Below, piece by piece: positions 1 through 11,133 of a DNA stretch of 64,000 nucleotides; position 1 is the stretch's first letter; the number at the start of each line of letters is the position of its first letter. The translations under genes and the position numbers were made by a program. The stretch comes from Desulfobacteraceae bacterium UBA2245. Lineage in GTDB: Bacteria; Desulfobacterota; Desulfobacteria; Desulfobacterales; UBA2245. Under the pieces are notes generated by a model. That model saw only the letters and a program-made list of their open reading frames with translations, was not told the DNA's origin and did no database searches. The stretch is taken from NCBI GenBank assembly GCA_002347265.1, contig DDYB01000013.1:207359-271358 (forward strand). Reading direction: 5' to 3'.

Positions 1-169
1 AAGCCTCCGCCGTATCAATCGTCGTGACGCCTGCATCGACGGCCGCCTGAATCGCACGAAGGGTCTGCGAATCCTCGATTCCGGTCCACATGCTCTTCCC
101 GGCCTGCCAGGTTCCCAGAATGACGGCTGAAATCTCGATACCGGTCTTGCCAAGCAAACAGTATTTCAT
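1..169 (-). CDS. aldo/keto reductase family protein, N-terminal part only (gene runs off the left window edge)
   Basis: My own reverse-strand translation from ATG (169-167) gives MKYCLLGKTGIEISAVILGTWQAGKSMWTGIEDSQTLRAIQAAVDAGVTTIDTAEA, a typical AKR N-terminus. It is absent from the ORF track because the window cuts it. Confidence 0.6.
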   Translation of the reverse strand, partial: MKYCLLGKTGIEISAVILGTWQAGKSMWTGIEDSQTLRAIQAAVDAGVTTIDTAEA

Positions 170-337
170 AAGGTGTTTTTCTCCGGTTTTTTGACAGTCG
201 TTTTTTATTTCTAAGGCCTTCAGGCCTGCAAGGTCAAGCCAAAAGGATGCAATTCAAAGGCATCGGATATTGAAATCTGTTTATTCATGTCGCTATAATA
301 AGGCAACGGGTTAAAATCGGAAAATAGAAAAAGGGTC

Positions 338-847
338 ATGCCAATGGAACGAAAACCGATCATCGGCGTCATGGGCGGCGGAGAGGTCAGCAGCGATACG
401 CTGAATCAGAGCTATCTTTTAGGAAGCCTCATCGCCGGACAGGGCTGGGTTCTGCTGAACGGCGGCAGGAATTCGGGCGTCATGGATGCTTCGGCCAGGG
501 GCGCGCGGGACCATGGCGGACTGACCATCGGCATTCTGCCGGATAACGACCGGAGCAGAGTGTCGGATCATATTCAGATTCCCATTGTCACCGGAATGGG
601 AAGCGCCCGCAACGCCATCAATGTGCTCTCAAGCGATGTGGTGGTGGCCTGCCCCGGCGGACCGGGCACCCTGTCTGAAATCGCCCTGGCCTTAAAAGCC
701 GTCAAGCCCGTCATTCTGTTTCATTTCGACGCGGATGCCCTGCCGAACCGATTTGAGGAAACCGGGCTTGTGCATCGTGCGGAAACTGCCGGGCAAGTTA
801 TTGAAATTATTAAAACAATCATGGCGAAGTCTGCCTTTTACCGGTAA
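338..847 (+). CDS. TIGR00725/LOG-like (SLOG, lysine-decarboxylase-like) Rossmann-fold protein
   Basis: The ORF-track protein carries IIGVMGGG, LLNGGRNSGVMDA, GGLTIGILP and CPGGPGTLSEIA, the pattern of this family. Confidence 0.7.
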   Translation: MPMERKPIIGVMGGGEVSSDTLNQSYLLGSLIAGQGWVLLNGGRNSGVMDASARGARDHGGLTIGILPDNDRSRVSDHIQIPIVTGMGSARNAINVLSSDVVVACPGGPGTLSEIALALKAVKPVILFHFDADALPNRFEETGLVHRAETAGQVIEIIKTIMAKSAFYR

Positions 848-863
848 CGCAGATTGACGGCTG

Positions 864-1571
864 TCAAGCGCTTCGCAATTCGTCTTGACGCCAGTTCCGC
901 AGAATCGCCTCCGCCAGAACCAGATCCTCGGGAGTCGTGATTTTGATATTGAACCGACTCCCCGGAATCACCCTCACCGGCTTTCCCATGCGCTCCACCA
1001 GAAATGCGTCGTCCGTTCCCGTCACCCCGTCGGACCGGGCCTTTTCGTGGGCGGACCGGATCAGGCCGCAGCGAAAAGCCTGAGGGGTCTGGGCCAGCCA
1101 GATCGGCTCCCGTGAAAGGGTCCGTACGATGCATCCGGATTCATCGATCTGTTTCAGCGTATCATGAGCGGGAATGCCGAGGATGCAGGCGCCCGTGGCT
1201 TCGGCCCCATGGATGCAGGCAATGATCTGAGCGGATCTGACAAAAGGCCTCACCCCGTCATGTATGGCTACAATGCCGTCATCCGCTCCGATGGCCTTAA
1301 GCCCGTTATAAACCGAATCCTGACGCCGCAGACCGCCGGCAACGCGAAGAACGGGTTTTTTAAGGCCAAGGGAAGATGAAAGGGAGGGGCCGTAATCCTC
1401 AAGATCACCCTGCGGCATGACCCAGACCAGCCGATCGATGCGCGGGCAGGCATCGAACGCCTTGAGGGTATGCGCCACGATGGGCAATCCATCCAGAGGG
1501 ATATACTGTTTGAGGCGGGAATCCTTCATTCGGACTCCGCTGCCGCCGGCAACGATCAGAGCTGTAATCAT
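864..1571 (-). CDS. ispD: 2-C-methyl-D-erythritol 4-phosphate cytidylyltransferase
   Basis: MITALIVAGGSGVRM nucleotidyltransferase loop and IspD-like sequence throughout. ORF-track start 1604 trimmed to the ATG at 1571. Confidence 0.9.
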   Translation of the reverse strand: MITALIVAGGSGVRMKDSRLKQYIPLDGLPIVAHTLKAFDACPRIDRLVWVMPQGDLEDYGPSLSSSLGLKKPVLRVAGGLRRQDSVYNGLKAIGADDGIVAIHDGVRPFVRSAQIIACIHGAEATGACILGIPAHDTLKQIDESGCIVRTLSREPIWLAQTPQAFRCGLIRSAHEKARSDGVTGTDDAFLVERMGKPVRVIPGSRFNIKITTPEDLVLAEAILRNWRQDELRSA

Positions 1572-1628
1572 AAAAAGTAATTTGAACGCATGATGCGAAG
1601 GCACCGATGAGCAAACGGCCCAATCCGG

Positions 1629-2933
1629 TCAGCGCAGGTAGCTAAGTTCCTGGGGCAGCGGGACGCCCTTTCCCATGGTGTCTTCTCCATAATTGACCCG
1701 GGCCAGAATCTGAAGGTCGCTCAATGCCCGGGCATCACCCTCGAAAACCACTTCGGTAATTTTTTCCTTCTGAATCTTGCCTCCGGCCCATTGAATATCC
1801 AGCACGCTTCCGGCATCAAACCGGTCAGGCCCGATGCAAAGCTCCACCTGACCGCCGTAATGCTGGACAATCTTGGCAACCAGCAGACTCGGGCGACAAT
1901 GAAACCCCAGATTCATGGGAATTCCAACCCGAAGGCTTCGGCGTTCGATGTTTTCGTTCAGCACGTTGCGTGCCAGCTCATTGCCGGTTGCCAAAAAATA
2001 ACAGACAAAATACAGTCCGTAATTCACGGTAAGATCCATCAGTTTTTTCGGATCGATCAGGGCGGACAGCTTCTGCTGAACCTCCTTATAAATATTCTTA
2101 TATCCGGCTTCATGCAGATGTCTTTCATAAAAATGCAGCATCCTGCCAATCATCTGCAGAAGGTGGAAAATCAACGAAATATTGCTTCTGAGCTGCTTGA
2201 GCCTGCGGTTTCCGAAACGGGATCCGCCGTAAATGACATAGGTATCAAAAGAAGACTGGAGATTATGCACCATCACCTCGTAGCGCATGATCTCCACCTC
2301 ATTGATTTTTTCCGGCACCAGGGCCTTCATTTCCGCCTCATCAAAAGGACGGTACAGCCCCAGCTGTTCGAAGCTTCTTGAAATGCTCAAAAATTCACTG
2401 GCGACTTTAACGATGTGCTTTTTCTGCTGATCCCGGTCCTCGTCATCGATGTCGGATTCCAGTATCTCATCGGTTCTGACGCTTGGGAAATCCAGAGGGG
2501 TGAAATTTTCCGCGGGAAAAGGGATTCCAAGGCGCCGGGCTTCGTCAAGAATCACCGGCGCCATGTTGATCAGACACTGGGTCAGAAAGCCGATGTTGGC
2601 TTCCCCCTGTTGCTCGAATTCATCGTCCTCGGGCAAATCATAAGCCATAAGGCGGTTGGCGATATGTCGCTGGGAATAGCCGGCGATGCTCAAATGCCGG
2701 ACCGCTGCGCTCAGTTCCCGGTAAAAATACCAGTTTTTATTGTTTTTGGCGCCGTGATAGTCCAGAAAATCTTCCAGAAGCTGGGAAGAAGCGATCAGCG
2801 TGGAATAAAGTTTCTTGGTAAAATACCGGGAAGAGCGATCAATGCGGCAAAGATAGCTGCAACATTTGAGATAATCATGGGAAAAAATTCTCAGATTCTC
2901 AAAAAAAGCACCGTCATGCATCGCTCCGGTCAT
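1629..2933 (-). CDS. hypothetical protein with C-terminal HPr (phosphocarrier) domain
   Basis: The last ~90 aa read GFHCRPSLLVAKIV...DAGSVLDIQ...VVFEGDARALSDLQIL, matching HPr (GLHARPA His site and Ser46-region equivalent). I recognise no motif in the first ~340 aa. Confidence 0.6.
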   Translation of the reverse strand: MTGAMHDGAFFENLRIFSHDYLKCCSYLCRIDRSSRYFTKKLYSTLIASSQLLEDFLDYHGAKNNKNWYFYRELSAAVRHLSIAGYSQRHIANRLMAYDLPEDDEFEQQGEANIGFLTQCLINMAPVILDEARRLGIPFPAENFTPLDFPSVRTDEILESDIDDEDRDQQKKHIVKVASEFLSISRSFEQLGLYRPFDEAEMKALVPEKINEVEIMRYEVMVHNLQSSFDTYVIYGGSRFGNRRLKQLRSNISLIFHLLQMIGRMLHFYERHLHEAGYKNIYKEVQQKLSALIDPKKLMDLTVNYGLYFVCYFLATGNELARNVLNENIERRSLRVGIPMNLGFHCRPSLLVAKIVQHYGGQVELCIGPDRFDAGSVLDIQWAGGKIQKEKITEVVFEGDARALSDLQILARVNYGEDTMGKGVPLPQELSYLR

Positions 2934-2942
2934 CTCCCGCGC

Positions 2943-4127
2943 CTAAACAATCGACTCCTGAGTTTTTAAAATCGCCTGATCGAGCTTTTCCCGCAGATTT
3001 GCAGGCAATCCTTCGATATCCACATTTAAAAACCCGCGCACAATAGTCGAAACCGCGGACTCCTCGTCCAGCCCCCGGGCCATCAGGTATTCGATCTCGT
3101 CCCGGTTGATTCGACCGACCGCCGCCTCGTGAGACATTTCGACATCCGGAACATGGCCTTCCAGTTCCGGAACGGCCTTCATCAAACCATCGTTGAGGAT
3201 CAAGCCCTTGCACTCCAGATGCGCCTTGATGCCGGCCACCTTGCCGACCAGGTCGCCGCGGGCGATGATCGTGCCTCCGGAGGTAACCGACCTGGAAATG
3301 ATTTCGGCCCGGGTTTCGGGCGCGTTGAGCACCACCCGCGATCCCACGTCCAGATGGGCGCCCTTTCCGGCTACCAGCACACTGTTGTATCGGGCCACAG
3401 CGCCCCGGCCGTCCAGATAGGTGGTGGGATACATCTGCAAGGAACCCACCGGCCCGAGGGAAATATAATTGGATATGATCACGCCGCCCTCTTCGACATG
3501 GGTGACGGTCCTGGGGCGCACATTGACCTTCTCTCCCCAGTCGTGAATCATGGTGAAGATCAGTTTGGCGCCCTTTTGCACGTAGAATTCGGAAATCCCC
3601 ACATGCAGACCGGAAACCAGATGCGGCGACGTGGCGCAGCCGGTGATGATGTGCAGCGTGGATCCGGGCTCGGCAATAACGATATTGTGAACGGACTGGG
3701 CAAACCCTTCCTTGGCGATATACAGACAGGCCTGAACCGGAGCTTCGACGACCACGCCGGCGCGGGAGCGAATAAAGTAGCCTTCATGGGCGGACCTGGC
3801 CGCCAGCGTGGTAAATTTATCGACCTCGGGAGAAACACTTTTCCACATATAATCGGAGAGCCATTCGTATTTCTCCCGAGCCTGGGAGATTCCCATGACC
3901 TCCACGCCCTCCGCGCAGCTCTGGCAATGAATGACCGATTTATCCATCTGAATAAATGTACCGGATCGTCCGCTTTTCCGGGTATCCACACCGACATCCA
4001 GAAACTGTCTGGCGTCGGTTTCATCTATCGTCGTCAATTCCTCAACGTACTGATGGTTTTCGGCATCAGTCTGATAGTTTTCCAGATTGACGTCTTTGGT
4101 CCGATCTATATCGTGCATTTGACACAC
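2943..4127 (-). CDS. Fe-S cluster assembly protein, SufB/SufD family
   Basis: The C-terminal SHEAAVGRINRDEIEYLMARGLDEESA is the conserved SufB/SufD tail. It overlaps the sufC stop by 22 nt on the same strand. Confidence 0.8.
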   Translation of the reverse strand: MCQMHDIDRTKDVNLENYQTDAENHQYVEELTTIDETDARQFLDVGVDTRKSGRSGTFIQMDKSVIHCQSCAEGVEVMGISQAREKYEWLSDYMWKSVSPEVDKFTTLAARSAHEGYFIRSRAGVVVEAPVQACLYIAKEGFAQSVHNIVIAEPGSTLHIITGCATSPHLVSGLHVGISEFYVQKGAKLIFTMIHDWGEKVNVRPRTVTHVEEGGVIISNYISLGPVGSLQMYPTTYLDGRGAVARYNSVLVAGKGAHLDVGSRVVLNAPETRAEIISRSVTSGGTIIARGDLVGKVAGIKAHLECKGLILNDGLMKAVPELEGHVPDVEMSHEAAVGRINRDEIEYLMARGLDEESAVSTIVRGFLNVDIEGLPANLREKLDQAILKTQESIV

Positions 4128-4864
4128 TCCTCATACCCGTATTCTCGAATCCACTTCAGAATCTCTCTGGCATTTCGCGAACAGCGCACCCTGCCGTTAT
4201 AAAGTACGTGGCCCTTGTCCGCGGTAATATAGTCGAGAATATGGCCGGTATGGGTAATCACCAGAGCCGACTTGGCTCTGCTGGCGATCACATCCTTGTG
4301 GGGCAGCACGGTCGGCTGGCTCAGCCCTCTTCCCAACAGGGTATTGATGGTCTCTCCCAGGAGAACGATGCTTTCCAGATCCACCCCGGACTCGGGCTCA
4401 TCGAGCAGAACGAGATCGGGCTGTTGCGCCATCAGCTGGAGCAATTCGGAACGCTTGATTTCACCGCCGGAAAAATTATGGTTCACATCGCGATCCAAAA
4501 AGTTCTTGAAATTCAATTTCTCGGAAAGTTTTTCAACATCAATCTCGCGGCCTCTGGCGCAGATTTCAACGATCGATCGGGTTTTCAGGCCGTTGATGGT
4601 GGGCGGACGCTGAAAGGAAATCCCCACCCCCAGACGTGCGCGTTCGTATATGGGCATCCGGGTAATATCCTCGCCCTTGAATACTATGCGACCCCGGGTG
4701 ACGACATACCCTCCAAACCCCATGATCGTCATCAAGAGGGAGGTCTTTCCACTTCCGTTGGGTCCAAACAGAATATGGGTTTCTCCCTTCGGAATCTCCA
4801 TATTGACGTTTTTAAGTATCGGTTTTCCTCCGACCTCAACGGCAAGTTCTTCAATCAACAGCAT
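4106..4864 (-). CDS. sufC: Fe-S cluster assembly ATPase SufC
   Basis: Walker A GPNGSGKTS, ABC signature FSGGEIKRSELLQL, Walker B LVLLDEPESGVD. SufC-sized and adjacent to the SufBD gene. Confidence 0.85.
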   Translation of the reverse strand: MLLIEELAVEVGGKPILKNVNMEIPKGETHILFGPNGSGKTSLLMTIMGFGGYVVTRGRIVFKGEDITRMPIYERARLGVGISFQRPPTINGLKTRSIVEICARGREIDVEKLSEKLNFKNFLDRDVNHNFSGGEIKRSELLQLMAQQPDLVLLDEPESGVDLESIVLLGETINTLLGRGLSQPTVLPHKDVIASRAKSALVITHTGHILDYITADKGHVLYNGRVRCSRNAREILKWIREYGYEECVKCTI

Positions 4865-4918
4865 AAGCGTTTCCTCAAAAAATTATATCGGCAAATGCCT
4901 CTTTCTGGATGATTAAAC

Positions 4919-5298
<380 letters not shown>

Positions 5299-5345
5299 GT
5301 AGCCATACGGTCTGCATTCTGTTCGGAATATCGAGCCAACCGGGA

Positions 5346-6053
5346 TCAGGACTGATCCCAGTAAAGCAGGCGTTCGCAATGCGGACAGAATTTCAGGCTG
5401 TCGCATCTCTGAAGCTCATTGTACATCTGCGGCGGAATGTTCATGTGACATCCATAACACACCGATCGTTTTACCGGCGCAATAAAGATCACTCCGACAT
5501 CTTCCCTCAGCCGCAATATCTTTTTCATCAAATCCGGCGCAATCCTGCTGGAGACCTCGTGCCGCGAATCCTCCAGACGGTCCATTTTCTTTCTGGAGCC
5601 TTCGATCTCGGCTTCAATCAACCGGCTTTGCGCGTCCAGCTTGCACTTGAGATCTTCATATTCCCGGTTCTTATCAGCCAAAGCCCCTTCACCGGCCTCG
5701 ATCCTGCCAAGAAAAGCGATCATTTCATCTTCGATCAAGGAGTTTTTCGATTTGATATCTTCAATTTCCTTCAAAAGAGCCTGATACTCCCGATTGTTTT
5801 TGATCGAGAATAGTTTTGCCTCGCTTTTCTTTACATGATCCAGGTTGTTTTGGACTTCGGATTCACAATTCCGGTATTGCTTCTTTAAATCCGTCAGGAT
5901 GGATTGTTCCGATTCAACCCTGCGTTCGAACTCTTCCAGACTTGTTATAAGTTCCCGAAGTCTTTCCGGAGCGCTCTCAATCACCCGACGCGTATGGCTG
6001 ATCTGAATTTCAATCTCCTGCAGCTTGATCATATTATCAATGGCGGATTTCAT
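5346..6053 (-). CDS. coiled-coil protein with C-terminal C4 zinc ribbon (COG1579-type)
   Basis: Long heptad-like E/K/L-rich body followed by CYGCHMNIPPQ...CPHCERLLYW. It lies immediately downstream of nif3, which is the usual pairing. Confidence 0.75.
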   Translation of the reverse strand: MKSAIDNMIKLQEIEIQISHTRRVIESAPERLRELITSLEEFERRVESEQSILTDLKKQYRNCESEVQNNLDHVKKSEAKLFSIKNNREYQALLKEIEDIKSKNSLIEDEMIAFLGRIEAGEGALADKNREYEDLKCKLDAQSRLIEAEIEGSRKKMDRLEDSRHEVSSRIAPDLMKKILRLREDVGVIFIAPVKRSVCYGCHMNIPPQMYNELQRCDSLKFCPHCERLLYWDQS

Positions 6054-6108
6054 TCTCTGCTCCCGGACAGACTTCGATCGCCATCTGTCCCAAATAATTT
6101 TGTCAAAA

Positions 6109-6930
6109 TCATATCACTAAAAAAGGATCTCTTTCAAGACCGCAGGCTTTCACCGCAACCTGGAACCCTTGCCCGGACAGCAGCGCATTGAGGCGCTCGA
6201 CAAGCACCTCGACGATCAGGTACTCGGAACCAAAATGACCGATGTCGATCAAGGCCTTCCCTGTGATTTCAATGTTTCGGGCGTCATGATAGCGCAGATC
6301 CCCGCTGACATAGACCTCGGCATTCGAAACCAGAAAATCATTCAACAGGCCCGATCCGCTTCCGGAACAAACCGCCGCCCGGCGAACCAGCAGCTCCGGG
6401 TTGCCGGAATACCGGACCATTGGAAGATTCATTTTTTTCTTAATCAAGGCCGCAAAAGCCGCCAGCGACATGGGATGGGAAAGATCGCCGATCCGGCCAA
6501 GTCCCTGAACTTCTTGATCCGGCAACGCGCACTCCTGCGCCGCAACGGACAGGGCCCTGCAGCAAGTCAAACCGATTCGAGAACACAGAACATCGTTGAC
6601 GCCTCCGGCCGCCTTGTCCAGATTGGTGTGAGCCGCAAAAACAGAGATCCGATGAACGGCCGCGGTTTGTATTGCGGCACCGATGGGCGAAGAGAAGTCA
6701 ACGGAATGAATCGGATGAAAGATCAGAGGATGATGGGTGATAATCAGATCAACGTGTTTTCGGGCTGCGGCATCAATAATCGAGGGTTGAGGATCCAGGG
6801 CAATCCAGATGTTATTTACCGGCCACTGCCGATGGCCGACCTGCAACCCGACATTATCCCAGACCTCGGCCAGGCAGGATGGACAGATCCTCTCCATGGC
6901 CTGGATAACGTCGGCCACCGTTGCGCTCAT
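6109..6930 (-). CDS. Nif3-like dinuclear metal centre protein (GTP cyclohydrolase 1 type 2 homologue)
   Basis: DLIITHHPLIF, AHTNLD and VCSGSGSG..YVSGD motifs. ORF-track start 7077 trimmed to ATG 6930 (MSATVADVI). Confidence 0.8.
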   Translation of the reverse strand: MSATVADVIQAMERICPSCLAEVWDNVGLQVGHRQWPVNNIWIALDPQPSIIDAAARKHVDLIITHHPLIFHPIHSVDFSSPIGAAIQTAAVHRISVFAAHTNLDKAAGGVNDVLCSRIGLTCCRALSVAAQECALPDQEVQGLGRIGDLSHPMSLAAFAALIKKKMNLPMVRYSGNPELLVRRAAVCSGSGSGLLNDFLVSNAEVYVSGDLRYHDARNIEITGKALIDIGHFGSEYLIVEVLVERLNALLSGQGFQVAVKACGLERDPFLVI

Positions 6931-7189
6931 GCCCGCGCCGCCTTTTGTCCCCATCCCAAATGTCTGAAACCTCTTGAACGTTCGACCGCTGCGCTTTTCA
7001 AAGTTCAACTTCCTCAAGCCGCCGGCTTGCATGCCCGCATTGATTCGCCCTCTCAAAAGCCGGCAGTTTATCGGCACTTTTCAAAAAATAAAAAGGGCGC
7101 GCTTACAGCCACGCCCCAGATTTTCCTTCATGGGCTCAGCACGAAAGCGCAGGCGGCTTTGCGCTTTTGCACCTATCGTGGAAAAACAG

Positions 7190-7262
7190 TGGGCCCACCT
7201 GGGTTCGAACCAGGGACCGACCGGTTATGAGCCGGTGGCTCTTCCAGCTGAGCTATGGGCCC
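7190..7262 (-). tRNA. tRNA with CAT anticodon (Met; the lysidine-modified Ile2 type cannot be excluded)
   Basis: Reverse strand GGGCCCATAGCTCAGCTGGAAGAGCCACCGGCTCATAACCGGTCGGTCCCTGGTTCGAACCCAGGTGGGCCCA folds by eye into a cloverleaf. Acceptor is GGGCCCA/TGGGCCC, T-loop is TTCGAAC, anticodon loop is CTCATAA. CCA is not encoded. Confidence 0.9.
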
Positions 7263-7316
7263 GCAAGTTCATGCAACCAGAACCTATCTAACGATAGAAT
7301 ATTGTTTTGTCAAGCA

Positions 7317-9077
7317 TTAGCTCTCGATAAAACTTTTCAACTTGCGACTGCGCGTTGGATGCCGCAACTTACGAAGCGCTTTGGCTTCAATCTGACGGAT
7401 CCGCTCCCTTGTAACCGCAAAATCCTGCCCGACTTCCTCAAGAGTATGATCCGCCTTTTCTCCGATTCCGAAACGCATCCGCAGCACTTTTTCCTCACGC
7501 GGCGTCAGGGTAGCAAGCACCTTTCGGGTCTGTTCCGCCAGATTCAGGCTGACGGCGGCTTCAGAAGGCAGCATGAATTTTTTGTCCTCGATGAAGTCGC
7601 CCAGATGGCTGTCTTCCTCCTCGCCGATCGGAGTTTCAAGAGAAATCGGCTCCCGTGCGATTTTCAAGACCTTGCGGACTTTCTCCAGAGGAATCTCCAT
7701 TTTTTCGGCGATTTCCTCAGGAGTCGGCTCCCTGCCCATTTCCTGAACCAGATACCTCGAAGTGCGGATCAGTTTATTGATGGTTTCGATCATGTGAACC
7801 GGAATGCGTATGGTGCGGGCCTGATCAGCGATCGCCCGGGTAATGGCCTGCCGGATCCACCATGTGGCATAGGTGCTGAATTTATACCCCCGCCTGTATT
7901 CAAACTTATCGACCGCCTTCATCAGCCCGATGTTTCCTTCCTGAATCAGGTCGAGAAACTGCAATCCCCGGTTGGTGTATTTTTTGGCAATGCTCACCAC
8001 CAGCCTGAGATTGGCCTTGATAAGTTCCGATTTTGCGATCTTGGCTTCACGCCTGCCGTCATCCACCGCCGACATCACGCGTTTGAGCGATCGGCAACGC
8101 GACTTGACCAGACACTCCCGGGCCTCAATTGCATTCTGAATATTATTCAGGTCTTCACAAACAAGCTCGATCTCCCTGGGCTGCAAACCGGATCGGCAAA
8201 GGGCCCAGCTGGCAAACGCTGTTCTGTCTCGAAACAGTTCCTTAAAATCGCCGACCGGCGCATCCAGGGCTTCGGCGCACATGGCGATCATCTTGTTGGA
8301 AGTGTCAAACCAGTCGATCTGGCAACGAATAATTTTCTCAATCCTGTCGATGATGCTGCTCTCAAGGCGCCATTCCTTGAGCAGATCGAACATTTTATGA
8401 TTGCGCCTTGTAATGCATCGCCGTACCCGGCGCTGCTCGCCGGCATCCATTTCCTCCGAAAAAAGCTTTTCCCGGAAGACCTTGTTTTCTTCGTCAATCT
8501 GCCGTATGGCATCGATCGTGCCCAGAAACTTTTCAAGCTGAACGACCTCGTCCACATAGGCATCCCCCTCGTCAATATCCCGCAATACATGCTTGGGCCG
8601 GACCGTTCCGTCTTGAATGTGCGTCCCCAGATGCAACACGCAGGCAACCCCGGTGGTCGTATCCAGAAGCGCCCTTAAAACCTCCTGTTCTCCGGCCTCG
8701 ATCTGTTTGGCAATTTCCACCTCCCCTTCCCGGCTCAAGAGCGTGACCATTCCCATTTCACGCAGATACATCTTCACCGGATCGGTAACAGCGCCGAAAT
8801 CGCTCAGGGACTCATCCTCGATCTGACTCTTCTTGACCTTAACCTCCCGATCCCGGTCGGAGGTTTTGTTGCCATTAACGATTTCAATATCCACTTCATC
8901 GAACATCATCAGGGTTTCATCTACCTGGTCTACTGAGAGCATCTCCTCGGGAAGCGCCTGATTAATCTCTTCATAAGTCAGATACCCCTGCCTTTTTCCC
9001 TTTGAAATCAGATCACTGATGGCATTCTGTCCTGCCGTGCCGATATTCTGAGGTTTGGGAGATGTTTTTTTTGTCAT
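7317..9077 (-). CDS. rpoD: RNA polymerase sigma factor RpoD (sigma-70)
   Basis: [27 protein letters not shown] (region 2) and a region 4.2 HTH ([30 protein letters not shown]). Confidence 0.95.
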   Translation of the reverse strand: MTKKTSPKPQNIGTAGQNAISDLISKGKRQGYLTYEEINQALPEEMLSVDQVDETLMMFDEVDIEIVNGNKTSDRDREVKVKKSQIEDESLSDFGAVTDPVKMYLREMGMVTLLSREGEVEIAKQIEAGEQEVLRALLDTTTGVACVLHLGTHIQDGTVRPKHVLRDIDEGDAYVDEVVQLEKFLGTIDAIRQIDEENKVFREKLFSEEMDAGEQRRVRRCITRRNHKMFDLLKEWRLESSIIDRIEKIIRCQIDWFDTSNKMIAMCAEALDAPVGDFKELFRDRTAFASWALCRSGLQPREIELVCEDLNNIQNAIEARECLVKSRCRSLKRVMSAVDDGRREAKIAKSELIKANLRLVVSIAKKYTNRGLQFLDLIQEGNIGLMKAVDKFEYRRGYKFSTYATWWIRQAITRAIADQARTIRIPVHMIETINKLIRTSRYLVQEMGREPTPEEIAEKMEIPLEKVRKVLKIAREPISLETPIGEEEDSHLGDFIEDKKFMLPSEAAVSLNLAEQTRKVLATLTPREEKVLRMRFGIGEKADHTLEEVGQDFAVTRERIRQIEAKALRKLRHPTRSRKLKSFIES

Positions 9078-9111
9078 ATAAGTATGTCCTCCTGCGCAGA
9101 ATCCAGAGAGT

Positions 9112-10899
9112 CTAGCATCGTTCCCTGGCCTGAGTTTGCCTTTCTCGCAACAATTCGATCAGCAGGTCCTGATTGTTTTCTTCTTCGGCTGTCTTAATTC
9201 TCTGAAGCAGCGTATCCTTGCCCCGCTGAACACTGATTTCAAACTGGTTGATGAGATTCAGGCATCCGTCCCGGTTCCAGGATTGTTCGTCCATGGCCAG
9301 CGAGGCAGCCATGCGGCGTTGTTCGTCGTTTTCCATCCGGTGCATCAGATCGTGTACGGATATCGCCTCTCTCTGTCCTTGATTCAATATAATTTTCCCG
9401 ATACTCATCAGCATAACATCTTGAAACTTATCAACAAGTTGACGAGCTCTGACCTCCGGTAAAATTTCGGGGTACTGAAGCATCATCGCGACAATCCGCC
9501 GTTCAAACCGGTGGAATTTTGTTGTCCCGGTCCTGCGGCCGGCGACCGTGGATCTTCCATTCAAAGCGTTTCCAGGCCTTGAATCGACAGTCTCTTTATC
9601 CTTAAACCGTAAAACAGTTCTGACTTTTTCCAAAACCGCTTTTTCTTCAACTCCGATGCGATCGGCCAGACTTCGCACATAGAGACTGCGGGCCACCGGA
9701 TCATCGACGGAAGCCAGCAGCCGGCTGACCTGCGAAATAATTCTCAGTTTCCCTTCCACAGACAGGCCTTGCCGTTTAATGGCCGTTTCCATCAGAAACG
9801 TCATGGGATCCATCGCATTTTGAGCGGTTTCTGCAAACGCGTCGGACCCGCGTTTCATCAAAAATGAATCCGGATCTTCCCCAGAGGGAAGCACCAGAAT
9901 GCGGCCCTGAATCTCTTCTTTCCGAAAGGTTTCCACCGTGCGAAGAGCGGCCTTGATGCCGGCCTGATCCGAATCGTAGACCAGAACAAACCTGCCAGCA
10001 TAACCCTTGAGCATATGCACATGATCCGGAGTCAAAGCGGTACCCAGCGTCGCCACGACGTTCTCGATTCCATGGCAGAACATGGATATCAGGTCAAAAT
10101 ACCCTTCCACAATATATACGACATCGGTTTCGCGACACCGGAGTTTTGAATGATTCAGCCCGTAGAGGATCCGACTTTTGCTGTACAAAGGGGTTTCAGG
10201 CGAATTCAGGTACTTGGGCAAACCGTCGTCCATGACCCGCCCGCCGAATCCCACCCCTCTGCCGCCGGCATCCATGATCGGAAACATGATCCGGTTTCGA
10301 AAACGATCATAATATCCGGGTTTATCCTTCCGGGCGATCGCCAGACCGGCCGCTGCCACCAAATCCGGAGACGCCCCATGATTCGACATGAAACGAAGCA
10401 AGCCGTCCCAGCTATCCGGCGCATATCCGACGCCAAACCTTTGAAGCACATCTTCCCGCATTTCCCGTTTTTTTAAATACGCTCTTGCTAAGCGGCCCTG
10501 CGCGGAGTCCAGCAGACAGCGCCGAAAAAAATCCATCGCCTGCCGGTTGATCGACAACAAGGCCTCCTGCCGCTTCATTCGGGATTGCATCTCCGGCGGC
10601 ATCTTTTCCATGGACACTTCAATACCGCAACGGCTGGCCAACTGCCGGACCGCCTCCGGAAAAGATATGGCATGATACTTCATGACAAAACTGAACACAT
10701 TGCCGCCTTCTCCACATCCGAAGCAGTGAAACATCTGTTTATCCGGACTCACTGTAAAGGAGGGGGTTTTTTCGGAATGAAACGGGCAGAGGCCCACATA
10801 GTTGCGTCCGGTCTTATTCAGCATCACAACCTCGGATACGATCCCGACGATATCTGAAGCATTTTTAACGGCTGAAACGGTATCTTCTGGGATGAACAT
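9112..10899 (-). CDS. dnaG: DNA primase
   Basis: Zinc finger [30 protein letters not shown] and [15 protein letters not shown]. The track start 10917 is a TTG; the ATG at 10899 has a GGGGG RBS about 12 nt upstream. Confidence 0.95.
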   Translation of the reverse strand: MFIPEDTVSAVKNASDIVGIVSEVVMLNKTGRNYVGLCPFHSEKTPSFTVSPDKQMFHCFGCGEGGNVFSFVMKYHAISFPEAVRQLASRCGIEVSMEKMPPEMQSRMKRQEALLSINRQAMDFFRRCLLDSAQGRLARAYLKKREMREDVLQRFGVGYAPDSWDGLLRFMSNHGASPDLVAAAGLAIARKDKPGYYDRFRNRIMFPIMDAGGRGVGFGGRVMDDGLPKYLNSPETPLYSKSRILYGLNHSKLRCRETDVVYIVEGYFDLISMFCHGIENVVATLGTALTPDHVHMLKGYAGRFVLVYDSDQAGIKAALRTVETFRKEEIQGRILVLPSGEDPDSFLMKRGSDAFAETAQNAMDPMTFLMETAIKRQGLSVEGKLRIISQVSRLLASVDDPVARSLYVRSLADRIGVEEKAVLEKVRTVLRFKDKETVDSRPGNALNGRSTVAGRRTGTTKFHRFERRIVAMMLQYPEILPEVRARQLVDKFQDVMLMSIGKIILNQGQREAISVHDLMHRMENDEQRRMAASLAMDEQSWNRDGCLNLINQFEISVQRGKDTLLQRIKTAEEENNQDLLIELLRERQTQARERC

Positions 10900-11133
10900 G
10901 GTAAAGGCTACCCCCAAATGTCAGCCATTTGGCAAGCCGGACAATGTTGGAAGGACCCCGCATCGGAAAAAATGCCCGAGCGACTCTTTCGGTGAAGGAT
11001 TATGGATTCGATGACCACCCCAATGCATTCGAAAACATCGATCAAAAGCCGAATCAATTTTCATTGTACTAATATAATTACGACTTTTAGCAGGTCAAGA
11101 CAAACCGGATGGCAACCCGGAGAAAAGAGCCCG

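Noticed and set aside
7167-8678. 503-aa ORF on the + strand
   Set aside because: It lies entirely antisense to the unmistakable rpoD gene. Its R/P/G/F-rich composition with no motifs is typical of a shadow ORF in GC-rich DNA.
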